From the NCBI GenBank assembly GCA_944319735.1, contig CALUEU010000007.1, positions 1,189 to 65,188 on the forward strand: a DNA stretch of 64,000 bases, read 5' to 3'. Origin of the DNA: an uncultured Methanomassiliicoccus sp. Its GTDB lineage: Archaea > Thermoplasmatota > Thermoplasmata > Methanomassiliicoccales > Methanomassiliicoccaceae. Below the pieces are notes generated by a model. The model did no database searches and had not been told where the DNA came from. It saw only the letters and a list, made by a program, of their open reading frames with translations. The position numbers and the translations under genes are program-made. This document shows, piece after piece, positions 38,774 to 49,400 of this stretch; positions within the stretch are counted from its first letter, which is position 1, and the number at the start of each line of letters is the position of its first letter.

Positions 38774-39107
38774 ACCGGATCAATCCATCAGGGGGATAGA
38801 GTTGAACGATCTTTCAGAAGAATGCTACCTTGTGGGAGATGACTTGGAAGTGTCTAGTCTGCATTCTTCCTATGTATTGGATGGAATATCCAATATAAAT
38901 AGATAATGGAGAACTATGCTAACTAAGATAATCTTCGTTAAACATATTCCAGATATCTATTGTAGGCTTCGCATGCAGACAAAACTAATAGAAAAACATT
39001 ACGGTTGTTTCAATAAATGCCCAACGGAGATTCGTTTGAGCCAGTGAAAAATCTTCTAAGTTGTAAGTATGAGAAGCTTAAACACCGCTAAGCTTCTTTT
39101 GTTTGGT

Positions 39108-39344
39108 TTACTCAGACTTTTCGAGTTCTTCTTCCATTTCCAGAAGTTCCTTCCATGTCTGCAGAGTCTCTTGCGCTTCCTCTTCATCCATCGTTTCGAT
39201 GGCGAATCCGGCATGCACAACAACCCAGTCTCCGACATGTCCTTCGATCAGAGAGACGTTGACTTTTTTGAGTACTCCTCCAAAGTCAACCTCTGCCTGA
39301 GGACCTTCAATAGAGACTATTTGTCCTGGTACGGCTAAACACAT
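39108..39344 (-). CDS. hypC: hydrogenase assembly chaperone HypC/HupF
   Basis: The MCLAVPGQIV N-terminus (essential Cys2) and an OB-fold-length ORF (78 aa). Confidence 0.85.
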   Translation of the reverse strand: MCLAVPGQIVSIEGPQAEVDFGGVLKKVNVSLIEGHVGDWVVVHAGFAIETMDEEEAQETLQTWKELLEMEEELEKSE

Positions 39345-39353
39345 GATTATGCC

Positions 39354-39716
39354 TCATGACATAAGTTTAATAATGGCTTCAGCAGGCTGTCCGTCACAGT
39401 CCTTTAATGCTTGGATTGCTGCCTCTCGGGAAGCACCAGTCTGATCCATGATGAGCTGGATATCTTCTTCGGGAATGATTTCTTCAGCAGGTGCAGATGA
39501 CTGAGACGCTCCTCTTGGCCTAATCTCCGTATCGCCCATCACCTGATATGTTTTTTGTCCCTTTACATCCATCATTGTGACGGATGCATTCGTTATCACA
39601 TACTCTTCTGTCTTAGTACGGATTATGACTTCATCCACGTCAGTGATGTCTTTGGTTTTAATTCCCGCTTGTCTCATGGCGCGTTCGATCTGGCGGGGGT
39701 TCACTCCTCTCATCAT
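39354..39716 (-). CDS. nac: nascent polypeptide-associated complex protein (NAC + UBA)
   Basis: Archaeal NAC domain followed by a C-terminal UBA-like segment (IQLIMDQTGASREAAIQALKDCDGQPAEAI). Confidence 0.9.
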   Translation of the reverse strand: MMRGVNPRQIERAMRQAGIKTKDITDVDEVIIRTKTEEYVITNASVTMMDVKGQKTYQVMGDTEIRPRGASQSSAPAEEIIPEEDIQLIMDQTGASREAAIQALKDCDGQPAEAIIKLMS

Positions 39717-39841
39717 AATGCTTTTTGTGATGTTACTTAAATAGTTAAATCTTGCGAGAAGAAATGTAGTGTTTTTAACAAAGAAGTGAAAATGTGAATG
39801 TTTCCATCAGAACAGCTGCGAATATGATTACCTTCATCAAA

Positions 39842-39885
39842 AGACAGGGGGATTTGAACCCCCCGCTACCCTGCGGGAAGCGGGG
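39842..39885 (-). pseudogene. tRNA-Ala-like 3' fragment (no acceptor 5' strand or D-arm)
   Basis: Minus strand reads CGCTTCCCGCAGGGTAGCGGGGGGTTCAAATCCCCCTGTCT. Its T-arm is identical to tRNA-Ala at 5095-5167, and GCA.GGTAG matches that tRNA's anticodon arm. No complementary 5' acceptor was found. Confidence 0.4.
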
Positions 39886-39936
39886 CGGAGAGAATTGAAA
39901 GGGTTTGGAAATGGTTTGCGAGTAGACTGAAGTACT

Positions 39937-41280
39937 TCAGAGTCTTTTCAGTGAGTTTATGATCTCCCAGTCAGTGACATACGTCCTGTAACTGTCCCAG
40001 TCATCGTTTTTGATCTTGAGATAGTGGCAGAATATATGGTTTCCCAGAGTCTCTTTCATCAAGTCGCTTTTAGACATGATCTCAAGAGCTTCTCCGAGGT
40101 TCGCTGGCAGTGAAGTAATTCCATTTTCAATACGCTCTTTCGGAGACATGTGGAAAATATCCCTTTCCATCGGTTCCGACGGTTCGATTTTCTTCTCGAT
40201 ACCGTCCAGTCCGGCGGCGAGCATTACTGCAAATTGCAGGTAAGGGTTTCCGGCTGGATCTGGATTGCGTATTTCAATGCGCGTCTTCATTCCTCTGCCC
40301 GCAGGAACTCTGATGAGAGCGCTGCGATTCATATTTGCCCAAGATATGTAGCAGGGGGCTTCGTATCCTGGTACTAAGCGTTTATAGGAGTTGACTTGTG
40401 AGTTTAGGATAGCACTCATCTCTGGAGCGTGAGCCAGAAGACCACCTAGATAGTAGTATGCTTCTTTGCTCAGACCAAACTTGTCGCTCGGATCGTCAAA
40501 CAAGTTTTTATCCTCGGACGCAAGGCTCTGATGCACATGCATTCCAGATCCATTACACCCAAACATGGGCTTAGGCATAAAACTAGCGTAGAAACCATGC
40601 TGTTTTGCAATCGTTTTTACTGCTAGTTTAAATGTCATTATCCTGTCTGCGACTGTCAGTGCCTTGTTAAACCTCATTCCGATTTCATGCTGCCCAGGTG
40701 CAACTTCGTGGTGAGACGCTTCAGTGTCGAATCCTATCTCATCCAGTTTTAGCGTGATCTCCTTGCGGACTTCTTCTCCCCTGTCCAGTTCCAACAGGTC
40801 AAAGTACCCTGCAGCATCAGATGGCTTTGTGATAGGTTCGCCGTTTGCATCCAGGTTGAAGAGGAAGAACTCAAATTCCGGACCGACGAAATACTCCAGT
40901 CCTTTTGAGTTGGCTTTCTCGACCATTTTTTCGAGTACCCATCTCGGGTCTCCTTTGAACCTGTTTCCGCAGTGATCATATATTTGGCACAGCAGACGTG
41001 CTGTTTTTACATGAGTACCGTTAGTCCAAGGATAAATCTGGAAAGAAGACGGTATCGGCTGGGCCCTCATGTCAGACTCATCAATCGTAGCGTAACCCAG
41101 GATTGAAGACCCGTCGATGAAGATCCCCTCAGCTAATGCCCTTTCCAGTTTTGAAGATGGAATAGCGACAGACTTCACCGTTCCAAGGATGTCTGAGAAC
41201 TGCATCTCAATGAATTTGACGCCTTCTTTTTCGACTTCCTTCAAGACGGCCTCTCTTGCCTCACTCTCGTCTTTAGGCAT
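39937..41280 (-). CDS. glnA: glutamine synthetase type I
   Basis: 447 aa with GS-I signatures (FSDILGT, GPEFEFFLF, HHEVAPGQHEI, NGSGMHVH, NRSALIRVP). Confidence 0.95.
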   Translation of the reverse strand: MPKDESEAREAVLKEVEKEGVKFIEMQFSDILGTVKSVAIPSSKLERALAEGIFIDGSSILGYATIDESDMRAQPIPSSFQIYPWTNGTHVKTARLLCQIYDHCGNRFKGDPRWVLEKMVEKANSKGLEYFVGPEFEFFLFNLDANGEPITKPSDAAGYFDLLELDRGEEVRKEITLKLDEIGFDTEASHHEVAPGQHEIGMRFNKALTVADRIMTFKLAVKTIAKQHGFYASFMPKPMFGCNGSGMHVHQSLASEDKNLFDDPSDKFGLSKEAYYYLGGLLAHAPEMSAILNSQVNSYKRLVPGYEAPCYISWANMNRSALIRVPAGRGMKTRIEIRNPDPAGNPYLQFAVMLAAGLDGIEKKIEPSEPMERDIFHMSPKERIENGITSLPANLGEALEIMSKSDLMKETLGNHIFCHYLKIKNDDWDSYRTYVTDWEIINSLKRL

Positions 41281-41369
41281 AATTAATCGTATGACTACCT
41301 TATTTATATTATTTTCGGTAGAACCTGATCAAATAGCTAATTTTTCTTGGAAAATTAGACAAACCGCTA

Positions 41370-42560
41370 TTATTCATTTTTTGTTAAGTACATTTGTAGG
41401 ATTTTTGTTGCCCTCTCGACTGCCTTGCTAGCCCCGCATCCTCCAGAAGCGCCGCCTGATGCAAAATTGGGCTTTCCGCCGCCTCTGCCTCCGTCTTCTG
41501 CCAGAACTTCATTGAGAATCTTGGCACAGTCTATCTGTATGTCTGGACTGCAGGCGATTGTCAATGAATACCTTCCACTGCCGGAGCCGATTATGCAGAC
41601 GCATTTTTCCTTTACAGCCTCGTTGACGTAGTCGGCACACATCTTCTTATCCAGTTCTGGAAAGGAACCTATGTATGCAGGAACTCCACCGATTTCTACT
41701 GACTGGATTGATTTAAGGGAGCTGTCCATATATTGCTTTAATGCTGCGTCTGCCTGTTCTTTGGAGATTTTTAAATTCTCTACCGTACTGACAACATTTC
41801 CTTTCTGCGCTCCCGTCAGCAATACAAGCTTCATGAACTGGGCAGAGCGTTCAGCCGCCTCTTTTTTAGCTGCATTTCCGGTCATGAACTCAATCTCCCA
41901 GTCTCCTTCAGGTCTGGCAGAGTTTATTCTTGAAATGATAAGAAACTCCACTTCTGAAGTGGATTTTACATGAATGCCGGAACAGGCGGAAGCATCCACA
42001 TCTCCTATCTTGATGACTCTGATCTCATTATCTGAGATTCTCTCTCTTTTTATCCTGATTTCATCCAGCAGCGGGTCTTCTTTTGATACGATCTGCTCTG
42101 TGATTTCTAAGTCATCCGCAATCCAGCCGAGAATCTGCTCCTGCGCTTTCAGAGCCATATCCCAGTCGACATCGCCTTTGACGATGAGATACTTTTTATC
42201 TTCTGAAATTGAGATTTTGACAAGCTCCAGCTCTTCATTGAAACGTTTCAGGGAGGAAAACAGCATATGTTCGCCAGTGTGTCCTTTCATCAGCTCATAG
42301 CGTCTTTTCCAGGAGATCTCTCCTTTGACTACGTCTCCTTCTCTGAGCATATGTCCAGGCACTTTGTGGACAATCCTGCTGTTCTCTTTCAGGACTTCTT
42401 TAACTTTGATGCCGTTGATTGAACCCTTATCATGTTCCTGACCGCCTCCGCCTGGGTAGAAAAGTGTCTGGTCGAGGACTATCCAGTCATCTCCAGCTTC
42501 TGTAACTTTGGCAGAAAATTCTACAGCATACGGCTCACGATGGTAGAGTTCAGTTTTCAT
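41370..42560 (-). CDS. alaX: alanyl-tRNA editing protein AlaX-L (editing domain + DHHA1)
   Basis: HTGEH zinc motif, a CSGIH-like second motif and a C-terminal GGGKPNFASGG (DHHA1). ATG 42560 (MKTELYH) is preferred over 42608. Confidence 0.8.
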   Translation of the reverse strand: MKTELYHREPYAVEFSAKVTEAGDDWIVLDQTLFYPGGGGQEHDKGSINGIKVKEVLKENSRIVHKVPGHMLREGDVVKGEISWKRRYELMKGHTGEHMLFSSLKRFNEELELVKISISEDKKYLIVKGDVDWDMALKAQEQILGWIADDLEITEQIVSKEDPLLDEIRIKRERISDNEIRVIKIGDVDASACSGIHVKSTSEVEFLIISRINSARPEGDWEIEFMTGNAAKKEAAERSAQFMKLVLLTGAQKGNVVSTVENLKISKEQADAALKQYMDSSLKSIQSVEIGGVPAYIGSFPELDKKMCADYVNEAVKEKCVCIIGSGSGRYSLTIACSPDIQIDCAKILNEVLAEDGGRGGGKPNFASGGASGGCGASKAVERATKILQMYLTKNE

Positions 42561-42658
42561 CAGCCCTCTTAATTTCCCGCTTGCATATATACTCCTCCAT
42601 AGACTCATCTATATATCCCATTAGACATTTGTCTACTCAATTCAGGAAGGAGATAACA

Positions 42659-43138
42659 ATGCTAGATGAATTGGATTCTAGAATCATTGAGGAGCTCTGC
42701 ATTTCTAGCCAGGGTTCTTACCGTCAAATTGCTAAGCGACTCGGGGTACATCCTACCACTCTGATCCAGAGAATAAAAGCTCTGGAGGATGCAGGAATAA
42801 TCTGCGGGTACCGCGCTACCATTGATTATCTTAAGCTGGGCTATGAGTTCATGGCTTTAGTTCACGTTTACGTTGAAGGCGACGTTCTGGATGTACAGGG
42901 AAAAATCAAGGCGATGGACAACGTACTGGCGATCTTCGATGTCACAGGAGAATGCGATTCCATCATCTGGGTTGCCTGCAAAGACCGGGATGAGTTCTCA
43001 GATATGGTAAAAAGGATAGTTGCCATCCACGGCGTGAAAAAGACCAACACCTATGTGATTCTAAATCTCATCAAAGATCCGAATCAATTCATTCCGAGCG
43101 TTCCCCACATCGATTCTGCTCCTACAGAAGAGGAATGA
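42659..43138 (+). CDS. Lrp/AsnC-family transcriptional regulator
   Basis: MLDELDSRIIEEL...SYRQIAKRLGVHPTTLIQRIKALEDAGII HTH plus a RAM domain. ATG 42659 has AGGAG upstream. Divergent from alaX. Confidence 0.85.
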   Translation: MLDELDSRIIEELCISSQGSYRQIAKRLGVHPTTLIQRIKALEDAGIICGYRATIDYLKLGYEFMALVHVYVEGDVLDVQGKIKAMDNVLAIFDVTGECDSIIWVACKDRDEFSDMVKRIVAIHGVKKTNTYVILNLIKDPNQFIPSVPHIDSAPTEEE

Positions 43139-43201
43139 CGACCGAATGATTTATCAAAGCAATCACTATAGACAGGGCATCATTTCCATGAGGAAAGAAT
43201 C

Positions 43202-45031
43202 ATGATGAGAACACACACTTGCGGAGAACTCAGGTCAGGCGACATCGGAAAAGATGTTACTATCGCGGGCTGGATCCGCTTCTCAAGAGATCATGGCGGC
43301 GTTTTATTCTTTGACGTTGCTGATACGTATGGAATTACTCAGGCAGTTTACGATCCTGAATCAATAACTGCAGACGGCTATGCTGAACTGGGAGACATTC
43401 TCAAGACATTCAGCAGAGAGTCTGTGATTAAAGTCATAGGGACTGTTAGAAACCGTGTTCCCGGAACCGAAGACGGCAGGAATCCTACCGGCGAGGTAGA
43501 GGTTCTGATCAAAACCGCTGAGCTGTTGAATTCTTCAAAGCCTCTGCCGTTTGAAGTGGCTGAGCAGAAAGGCTCAATGCTTCCTTCCGAGGATCTGAGA
43601 CTTAAGTATCGCTATCTGGACCTCAGAAGGCACGTAATGGCTGAGAATCTGCGTTTCCGCCATCGTGTGGTTACCTCATTAAGGACAGCTTTGAACTCTC
43701 GCGGATTTACTGAGATTGAGACGCCTATGCTCGTGCGCAGCACTCCTGAAGGTGCAAGAGACTTCATCGTACCTTCCCGCAGTTCACCGGGAGATTTCTA
43801 TGCCCTTCCACAGTCTCCTCAGATGTACAAGCAGATGCTGATGGTAGGCGGTATGGACAGATATTTCCAGCTGGCCCGCTGTTTCAGAGATGAAGACTCT
43901 CGTTCCGACAGGCAGCCGGAATTCACACAGATTGATATGGAAATGTCATTTGTCGATGTGTCTGACATTCAGGAGACTATTGAGTTCATGCTTTCTGAGA
44001 TGTGGAAGAACGTCTACGGAGAAGAGCTGAAGACGCCTTTCCCGCGCGTGAGCTTCTATGATGCGATGCACAAATACGGTACAGACGCTCCTGATATCCG
44101 ATATGGTCTCGAACTTCACGACGTTACTGAAATTGTCAGGAACGCAAACTATGAGATTTTTAAGAGGATTCTTTCCAAAAATGGAAAGGTGGAATGCGTC
44201 AACGTTAAGGCTGAATATACCAAGGGCGGCTCTGAGGAAGGCGGTGTCGGACGTAATGAAGTCGACCGTCTGATTGAGTGGGCCAAGTCTCAGGGAATGG
44301 GCGGCCTCACCTGGATGAGGATGACACCTGAAGGTCTGCAGAGCAACATTGTGAAATATTTCCCCGATGAGGTGAAAGATGCTTTAGTTGCTGAGATGGA
44401 TGCCAAAGAAGGAGATCTTCTCCTGTACCTGGCAGGATCTGAGATCGCTGCTCTGAAGGCCGGGGGAGAACTTCGCCGCAAACTTGCTGCAGATTTAGGT
44501 CTGCTGGAAGGAAAGCCCCACCAGTTTGTCTGGCTTGTCGACTGTCCTCTGTTCCAGAGGGACTCCGCCACTGGTCAAATCGAAGCTTTCCATCACATGT
44601 TCGTATGTCCTGAAAACATGGATCTGTCCGGTGAGATTACTGACATCAAAGGTCTGAGCTATGACTTAGTTCTCGACGGGTCTGAAATCGGTTCCGGTTC
44701 CATGAGATGTCATGATCCAGAAGTTCAGCACAAGATCCTAGAAATGATAGGCATGTCTGAAGAAAAGATCCAAGACGAGTTTGGATTCTTCCTTGAAGCT
44801 CTCAGCTTCGGTGCCCCTCCACACGGCGGAATTGCACTCGGAGTCGATCGTTTGATTTCTCTGTTACTTGGATGTGAATCCATCAGGGATGTCATTGCTT
44901 TCCCGAAGAATAAGAAATTCCAGTCTCTTGTCGACGGAGCTCCTGCAAGCGTAGAGGAAGAAAAACTCTCAGAACTGCAGCTCCTTTCTCTTGCCGGTGA
45001 AGACTTCGACGATTCAGATTTCGAGGAATGA
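43202..45031 (+). CDS. aspS: aspartyl-tRNA synthetase, bacterial type (with GAD insertion)
   Basis: 609 aa with LPQSPQ, FRDEDSRSDRQPEFTQID, a long insertion between motifs 2 and 3, and GGIALGVDR motif 3. Archaeal-type AspRS is about 430 aa. Confidence 0.95.
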   Translation: MMRTHTCGELRSGDIGKDVTIAGWIRFSRDHGGVLFFDVADTYGITQAVYDPESITADGYAELGDILKTFSRESVIKVIGTVRNRVPGTEDGRNPTGEVEVLIKTAELLNSSKPLPFEVAEQKGSMLPSEDLRLKYRYLDLRRHVMAENLRFRHRVVTSLRTALNSRGFTEIETPMLVRSTPEGARDFIVPSRSSPGDFYALPQSPQMYKQMLMVGGMDRYFQLARCFRDEDSRSDRQPEFTQIDMEMSFVDVSDIQETIEFMLSEMWKNVYGEELKTPFPRVSFYDAMHKYGTDAPDIRYGLELHDVTEIVRNANYEIFKRILSKNGKVECVNVKAEYTKGGSEEGGVGRNEVDRLIEWAKSQGMGGLTWMRMTPEGLQSNIVKYFPDEVKDALVAEMDAKEGDLLLYLAGSEIAALKAGGELRRKLAADLGLLEGKPHQFVWLVDCPLFQRDSATGQIEAFHHMFVCPENMDLSGEITDIKGLSYDLVLDGSEIGSGSMRCHDPEVQHKILEMIGMSEEKIQDEFGFFLEALSFGAPPHGGIALGVDRLISLLLGCESIRDVIAFPKNKKFQSLVDGAPASVEEEKLSELQLLSLAGEDFDDSDFEE

Positions 45032-45040
45032 AACTCCAGG

Positions 45041-45080
45041 CTGCATAGGTTTGACCCTATGCAGTAATCTATTATTTTTA
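45041..45080 (+). terminator. hairpin plus T-rich tract after aspS
   Basis: CTGCATAGG-TTTGAC-CCTATGCAG (9 bp) followed by TAATCTATTATTTTTAAT. Confidence 0.5.
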
Positions 45081-45264
45081 ATCTCAAACGTCTGTATTTT
45101 ATAATTTCTCACGTATGAGAATCTCAACCTCACTAGCATATATATTTTTCAAATATGCCGCTTCGTAATATTTGCAACTGTGGATTAAGGAGACATCAAT
45201 ACTGTGAAAAATAACTAATCCAGTGTTTCTTTGAATCCACACTATGTAATTTAATGGTGAGCAA

Positions 45265-46389
45265 ATGAAAAATAAGGCTAAGTTAATACTAGCGTCAGCT
45301 GTTTTTGTTGCAGCTTTGATGCTGCTTGTACCCTTGGCCCAGACTGACATGTCTGGGGGGGGGGGGATCGGAAATTCTGACTCTGATCCAATTGTTTTGA
45401 GTGACCCAACAAACTCTAATCTAACTTCTGTTGGTGATAGAGATAGTTTAAAGAGCAATTTAGAGGCTGGGACAAGTGTTCAACTGTCAGATAATATATC
45501 ACTTAGTCTCACAGACTCTATCGAAATTGGCAAGAGTAATAAAACAGACAACATCATTCTTGATCTCAATGGTAAAACTCTAACAATCAACAAAATTGAT
45601 GACAGTAATTCTAACAGACTCGTTGTTGCAGATGGCGCAACAGTAACAATTCAGAATGGTACGATCGTTTACAATAAATCTGCTGGTTCAGCAGAAGGTA
45701 AATCTCCGATCAGAGTAGGATCACTTGCAAAAGACAATCTTAATGGTATACAGTTTTCTACTTTGAATGTTAATAATGTAAATATAATCAGCGGAGAATA
45801 TGGTATAGCAGTTTTTGCTAAAGCCAACCTTAATGTCGAAAATTCAACAATAATCGCTAGGAGTTCTGCTATAGCAACAAATGGATCAACACCATCAGTT
45901 GCATCTGGATCTTCATATGATTCTTCAATAACAATCGGTAGTGGAAACTATGTTTCTACGCAATCATCTGCAATATTTTTCCCTGGTGGTAAAACATTAG
46001 ACATCAATGGCGGAACATTCACAGGAAAAACAGGATTTGACATAAGGTCAGGTACTGTAACCATTGATAATGCAACAATCAATGTTACTGGGAACCCCAG
46101 TGAAACAAAACTAAACAAAGATGGCAGTGCAGAAATGAGTGGACCCACCCCGTGGGGAATGGGAATCGCTGTTTTTGACAGAAAAGATTATGGAATGACT
46201 TTAAATTCTGATAATAATGGAGCAGAATACGCACTCATTAGCATCACAATAGGCACTACAACGAAGATCAACAATGCATGTTACAACTTATATGCTGGAG
46301 ATTACACAATAGGTGTTGCAGCTGATGATGATTGTGGTAAGTTTACAGGTGCTTCTGAACACACCTTTACTCCAATTCATGATATATAG
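45265..46389 (+). CDS. adhesin-like surface protein, N-terminal piece (signal peptide, beta-helix-like repeats)
   Basis: The signal peptide MKNKAKLILASAVFVAALMLLVPLAQT. Asn/Thr/Gly-rich strands. Ends at TAG 46387-89, with the next ORF's frame already open from 46383. Confidence 0.7.
   Translation: MKNKAKLILASAVFVAALMLLVPLAQTDMSGGGGIGNSDSDPIVLSDPTNSNLTSVGDRDSLKSNLEAGTSVQLSDNISLSLTDSIEIGKSNKTDNIILDLNGKTLTINKIDDSNSNRLVVADGATVTIQNGTIVYNKSAGSAEGKSPIRVGSLAKDNLNGIQFSTLNVNNVNIISGEYGIAVFAKANLNVENSTIIARSSAIATNGSTPSVASGSSYDSSITIGSGNYVSTQSSAIFFPGGKTLDINGGTFTGKTGFDIRSGTVTIDNATINVTGNPSETKLNKDGSAEMSGPTPWGMGIAVFDRKDYGMTLNSDNNGAEYALISITIGTTTKINNACYNLYAGDYTIGVAADDDCGKFTGASEHTFTPIHDI
45355..45366 (+). repeat. 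G12 homopolymer inside the coding region
   Basis: Counted directly as 12 consecutive G. It encodes GGGG just after the predicted signal-peptide cleavage region. Confidence 0.95.
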
Positions 46390-46496
46390 CTATATCGGGA
46401 TCTTCTAATTATGAGTGGTCTGCTACGCAATGTACCAACACCTCTTCAAAATTAATAGCGGGTGATCGTACTAGCACTACTGGTGAATTTGATGAA

Positions 46497-49400
46497 GTGC
46501 CGTTAGATATAATGGATAACCGCATATTCGCCAATGGAAATGCAATCACTATTTCAGATGGAACAAACAACAATACTTCAAAGATAACTTATGGAAATAA
46601 CATAATATTTGTTGATAATTTCGATCTTTCAATATTTTCAGTGTTTGGGGGATCAAAGAATGCTTCTGTTAATTCTACAAGTATCACAATGACTGGTGGA
46701 ACTGTCAAAAGTATTTTTGCTGGCGGGTCTGGAGCTGATGCAAGCAATGTCGCAGGTGTAGGAGGCAATACTCTTAGCTATGATGCTGTATCAAAACCAG
46801 ATGCTAATGAGGCCTATAATGCTAATGTAATCATCTCAGGCGGAAAAGTCACAACCAAAGTTGCTGGCGGGGGAGTTGATTATGCATATGTAGGCTCTGT
46901 GAATATTGAAATTTCAGGAAATGCCAAAGTCGGAAATGTAACTGGTGGTGGAAACAATCTCAATACCGGTGTTACTGAAAACACAAACATTGTTGGATAT
47001 GCAAACATCATGATAAAAGATGGTGCTGAAATTAAATATATGGATGGTGAAATAGATTACGGATCTGTATATGGTGGCGGTTTCTCATATGCCTATGTCG
47101 GAGAAGCAGAGATAACAGTCGGAGGCAATGCTTCTGCAGCATACGTCACTGGAGGCGGTATGAATGGTGTCACCAATAAATCCACAATAAATGTACTTGC
47201 TAGTGCAAAGATTGGTTTGCTGTCTGGTGTGAACAGAGGAATAGTTAATGAAATGGAATTTAATATTTTAGACAGCTTCCAAGGAACAATTGATCAGATT
47301 GCATTGGGTGGATGTTCTTCATACGAAGATTCTAACACTCAATTTCATGCAAACACATCTGACGGAGCGATTATAGGGTCAGTAACACTAAACGTTCCTA
47401 ATTCTGCATTAAAATCTTCTGATGAAAATGAACCAACCAAATTCTTCCTTGGAAGGGGATTATATTCCAACTATGGCAAAGGAGGATTTACTTGCAATGG
47501 TGTACAATATTATCAGCATTATACATATTCTTCCACTGCAATTGGTGGAGCAGAAGCCTTGACCTCTGTGATTTCTGTAGATGTTACTGTTAACGGAAAT
47601 GCACTTGTTATTGCAGATGTAGGCGAGACTCACAAATCATACGATCCAACAACATTCATCATTGGAAATGATAAAACATGGACATTTGAAAACGGAGCAA
47701 TTATCTCTTTTACTGCTAGTGAGATTACTACAGAACTTCAAAACGGTGGCAAACTGATTTTTGACGGTGCTAATGTAGGTGAAGATGGATTAGTTCTTAC
47801 TTGTGGTGGAGACATTGAAATTAAAAACACAGATTTCACAAAGAAAGGTCTGTACATCAAGGGCGCTAATAATGTAACAATTCAAAATTGTGAATTTACG
47901 GGCATAATTGAAGATCTGCAATTAGCTAATAATTCTCCACATATGCATCATCCTTCTGCTATTCATGTAGATTCTGCAAAAGGAATCGTAACTATCAAAG
48001 GAAACATCCTTGACAATATACACTCTGAGAGTTTATTGGACAGTATATCTGGTGAAAACAAGAATAAATTCATGGGAATATCAGTAACTTCCAATGACGA
48101 TTCTCCAGGATCCATTACAATCTCAGATAACAAAATCACAGATGTTCTGCACAATGCTATCTACACTATCGGTAAATTCAGTTCTATATCGATTACTAAC
48201 AATGTAATTGAAAACTGGGCATCTCAGTCTACTGAAGATAAAGGACGTGCCATCAGAATTGATATGAAATTGGCATCAAACAATATAGAGGTCTCTGGAA
48301 ACACATTTGTAAAGTCTTATACAGACATAGTTGGATTTGGTAATTCTGGAAAATATGATGACGGAAACATCTTGAAAATTGATGTAGATGCAGCATTCAA
48401 AGACAATGTCTTAGTTCTGTCAGGTATTGACAGCTACAGTTATGCAGATTTATTCATAATTGGATCAGATGAGAACAAGAAGATGGTTACTTTTGATCCC
48501 AATGGTGGATACTACTACACTTCTTCAGAACCAGGAGTATTGTGTTCAATAATTACTGCTGATAGCACAGTTTCTGAACCAGCCGATCCTTTAAGATCTG
48601 GCTCATACTCATTCGACGGATGGTATGATGCAGCAACAGGCGGAAACAAACTAACATTCCCATTAAACATAACTGAAAACACAACTCTCTACGCTAAATG
48701 GACATACACAGGTGGATCAGGAATACCCGTAACACCTCCAACAGACGATCCAGAACCAGAACCGATCGTTCCTGATGAAAACAATAACGTCACTGTTCCT
48801 TCAATTGATGACAAAAAAGCAGATGAGTTAGTTCACAAAGCAGTTTCATCCGGATCAGACTCAATATCAATCATTGATACAAGCGATGTAAAAGGAGAAT
48901 ACACAGAAGTTACTGTTTCTAAATCAGACTTAGAAACAATTTCTAAGAAGATCGAGAACAATAACAACATCAACTCTGTCTCAATCGAAACTTCAGAAGG
49001 AGACATAATCATAGAAAAAGAAGTTCTCAACTCAATCTTAAAAAACACAGACGCAGATTCAGTTTCATTTGAAATAGAAGATGCTAAAGATAAACTGACA
49101 GAAGAACAAAAGAAAGCTGTAGGAGACAGGCCTGTTTACGATATCAACATCAAAGCAGGAAATGAGAACATAACATCATTCGATGGAAAAACAATAACAA
49201 TCTCATTACCTTACACACTCAAACCAGGCGAGGATCCTGAAAATATCGTAGTATACTACGTCAAAGAAGACGGTTCATTAGAAAAGATGAACTGTACTTA
49301 CAAAGACGGTAAAGTAATCTTTGAAACTGATCACCTTTCAAAGTATGTCATAGGATACGAGGAATCGGACAAACCGGTAACTCCTGATACGCCAGACAAT

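Noticed and set aside
5095-39885. Idea that tRNA-Ala and the tRNA-Ala-like fragment are attL/attR of a 35-kb integrated element.
   Set aside because: The orientation is wrong, because the fragment lies upstream of the tRNA 5' end rather than downstream of its 3' end. The interval is also full of housekeeping genes (purF, pyrC, proBA, porGDAB, rtcB) and has no integrase.
41281-41369. Possible NrpR-type operator (GGAA-N6-TTCC) upstream of glnA.
   Set aside because: Only a half-site-like TTGGAAAATT is present. No dyad could be found by eye.
46387-46389. Read-through of the TAG ending adhesin ORF1 (for example as pyrrolysine), and of the in-frame TAG at 62825-27 just before the second adhesin ATG.
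   Set aside because: In-frame read-through of 46387 hits TAA 21 codons later and does not reach ORF2, which is in another frame. TAG is also used as an ordinary stop here (the CBS gene at 13056-58). No Pyl machinery is in the window.
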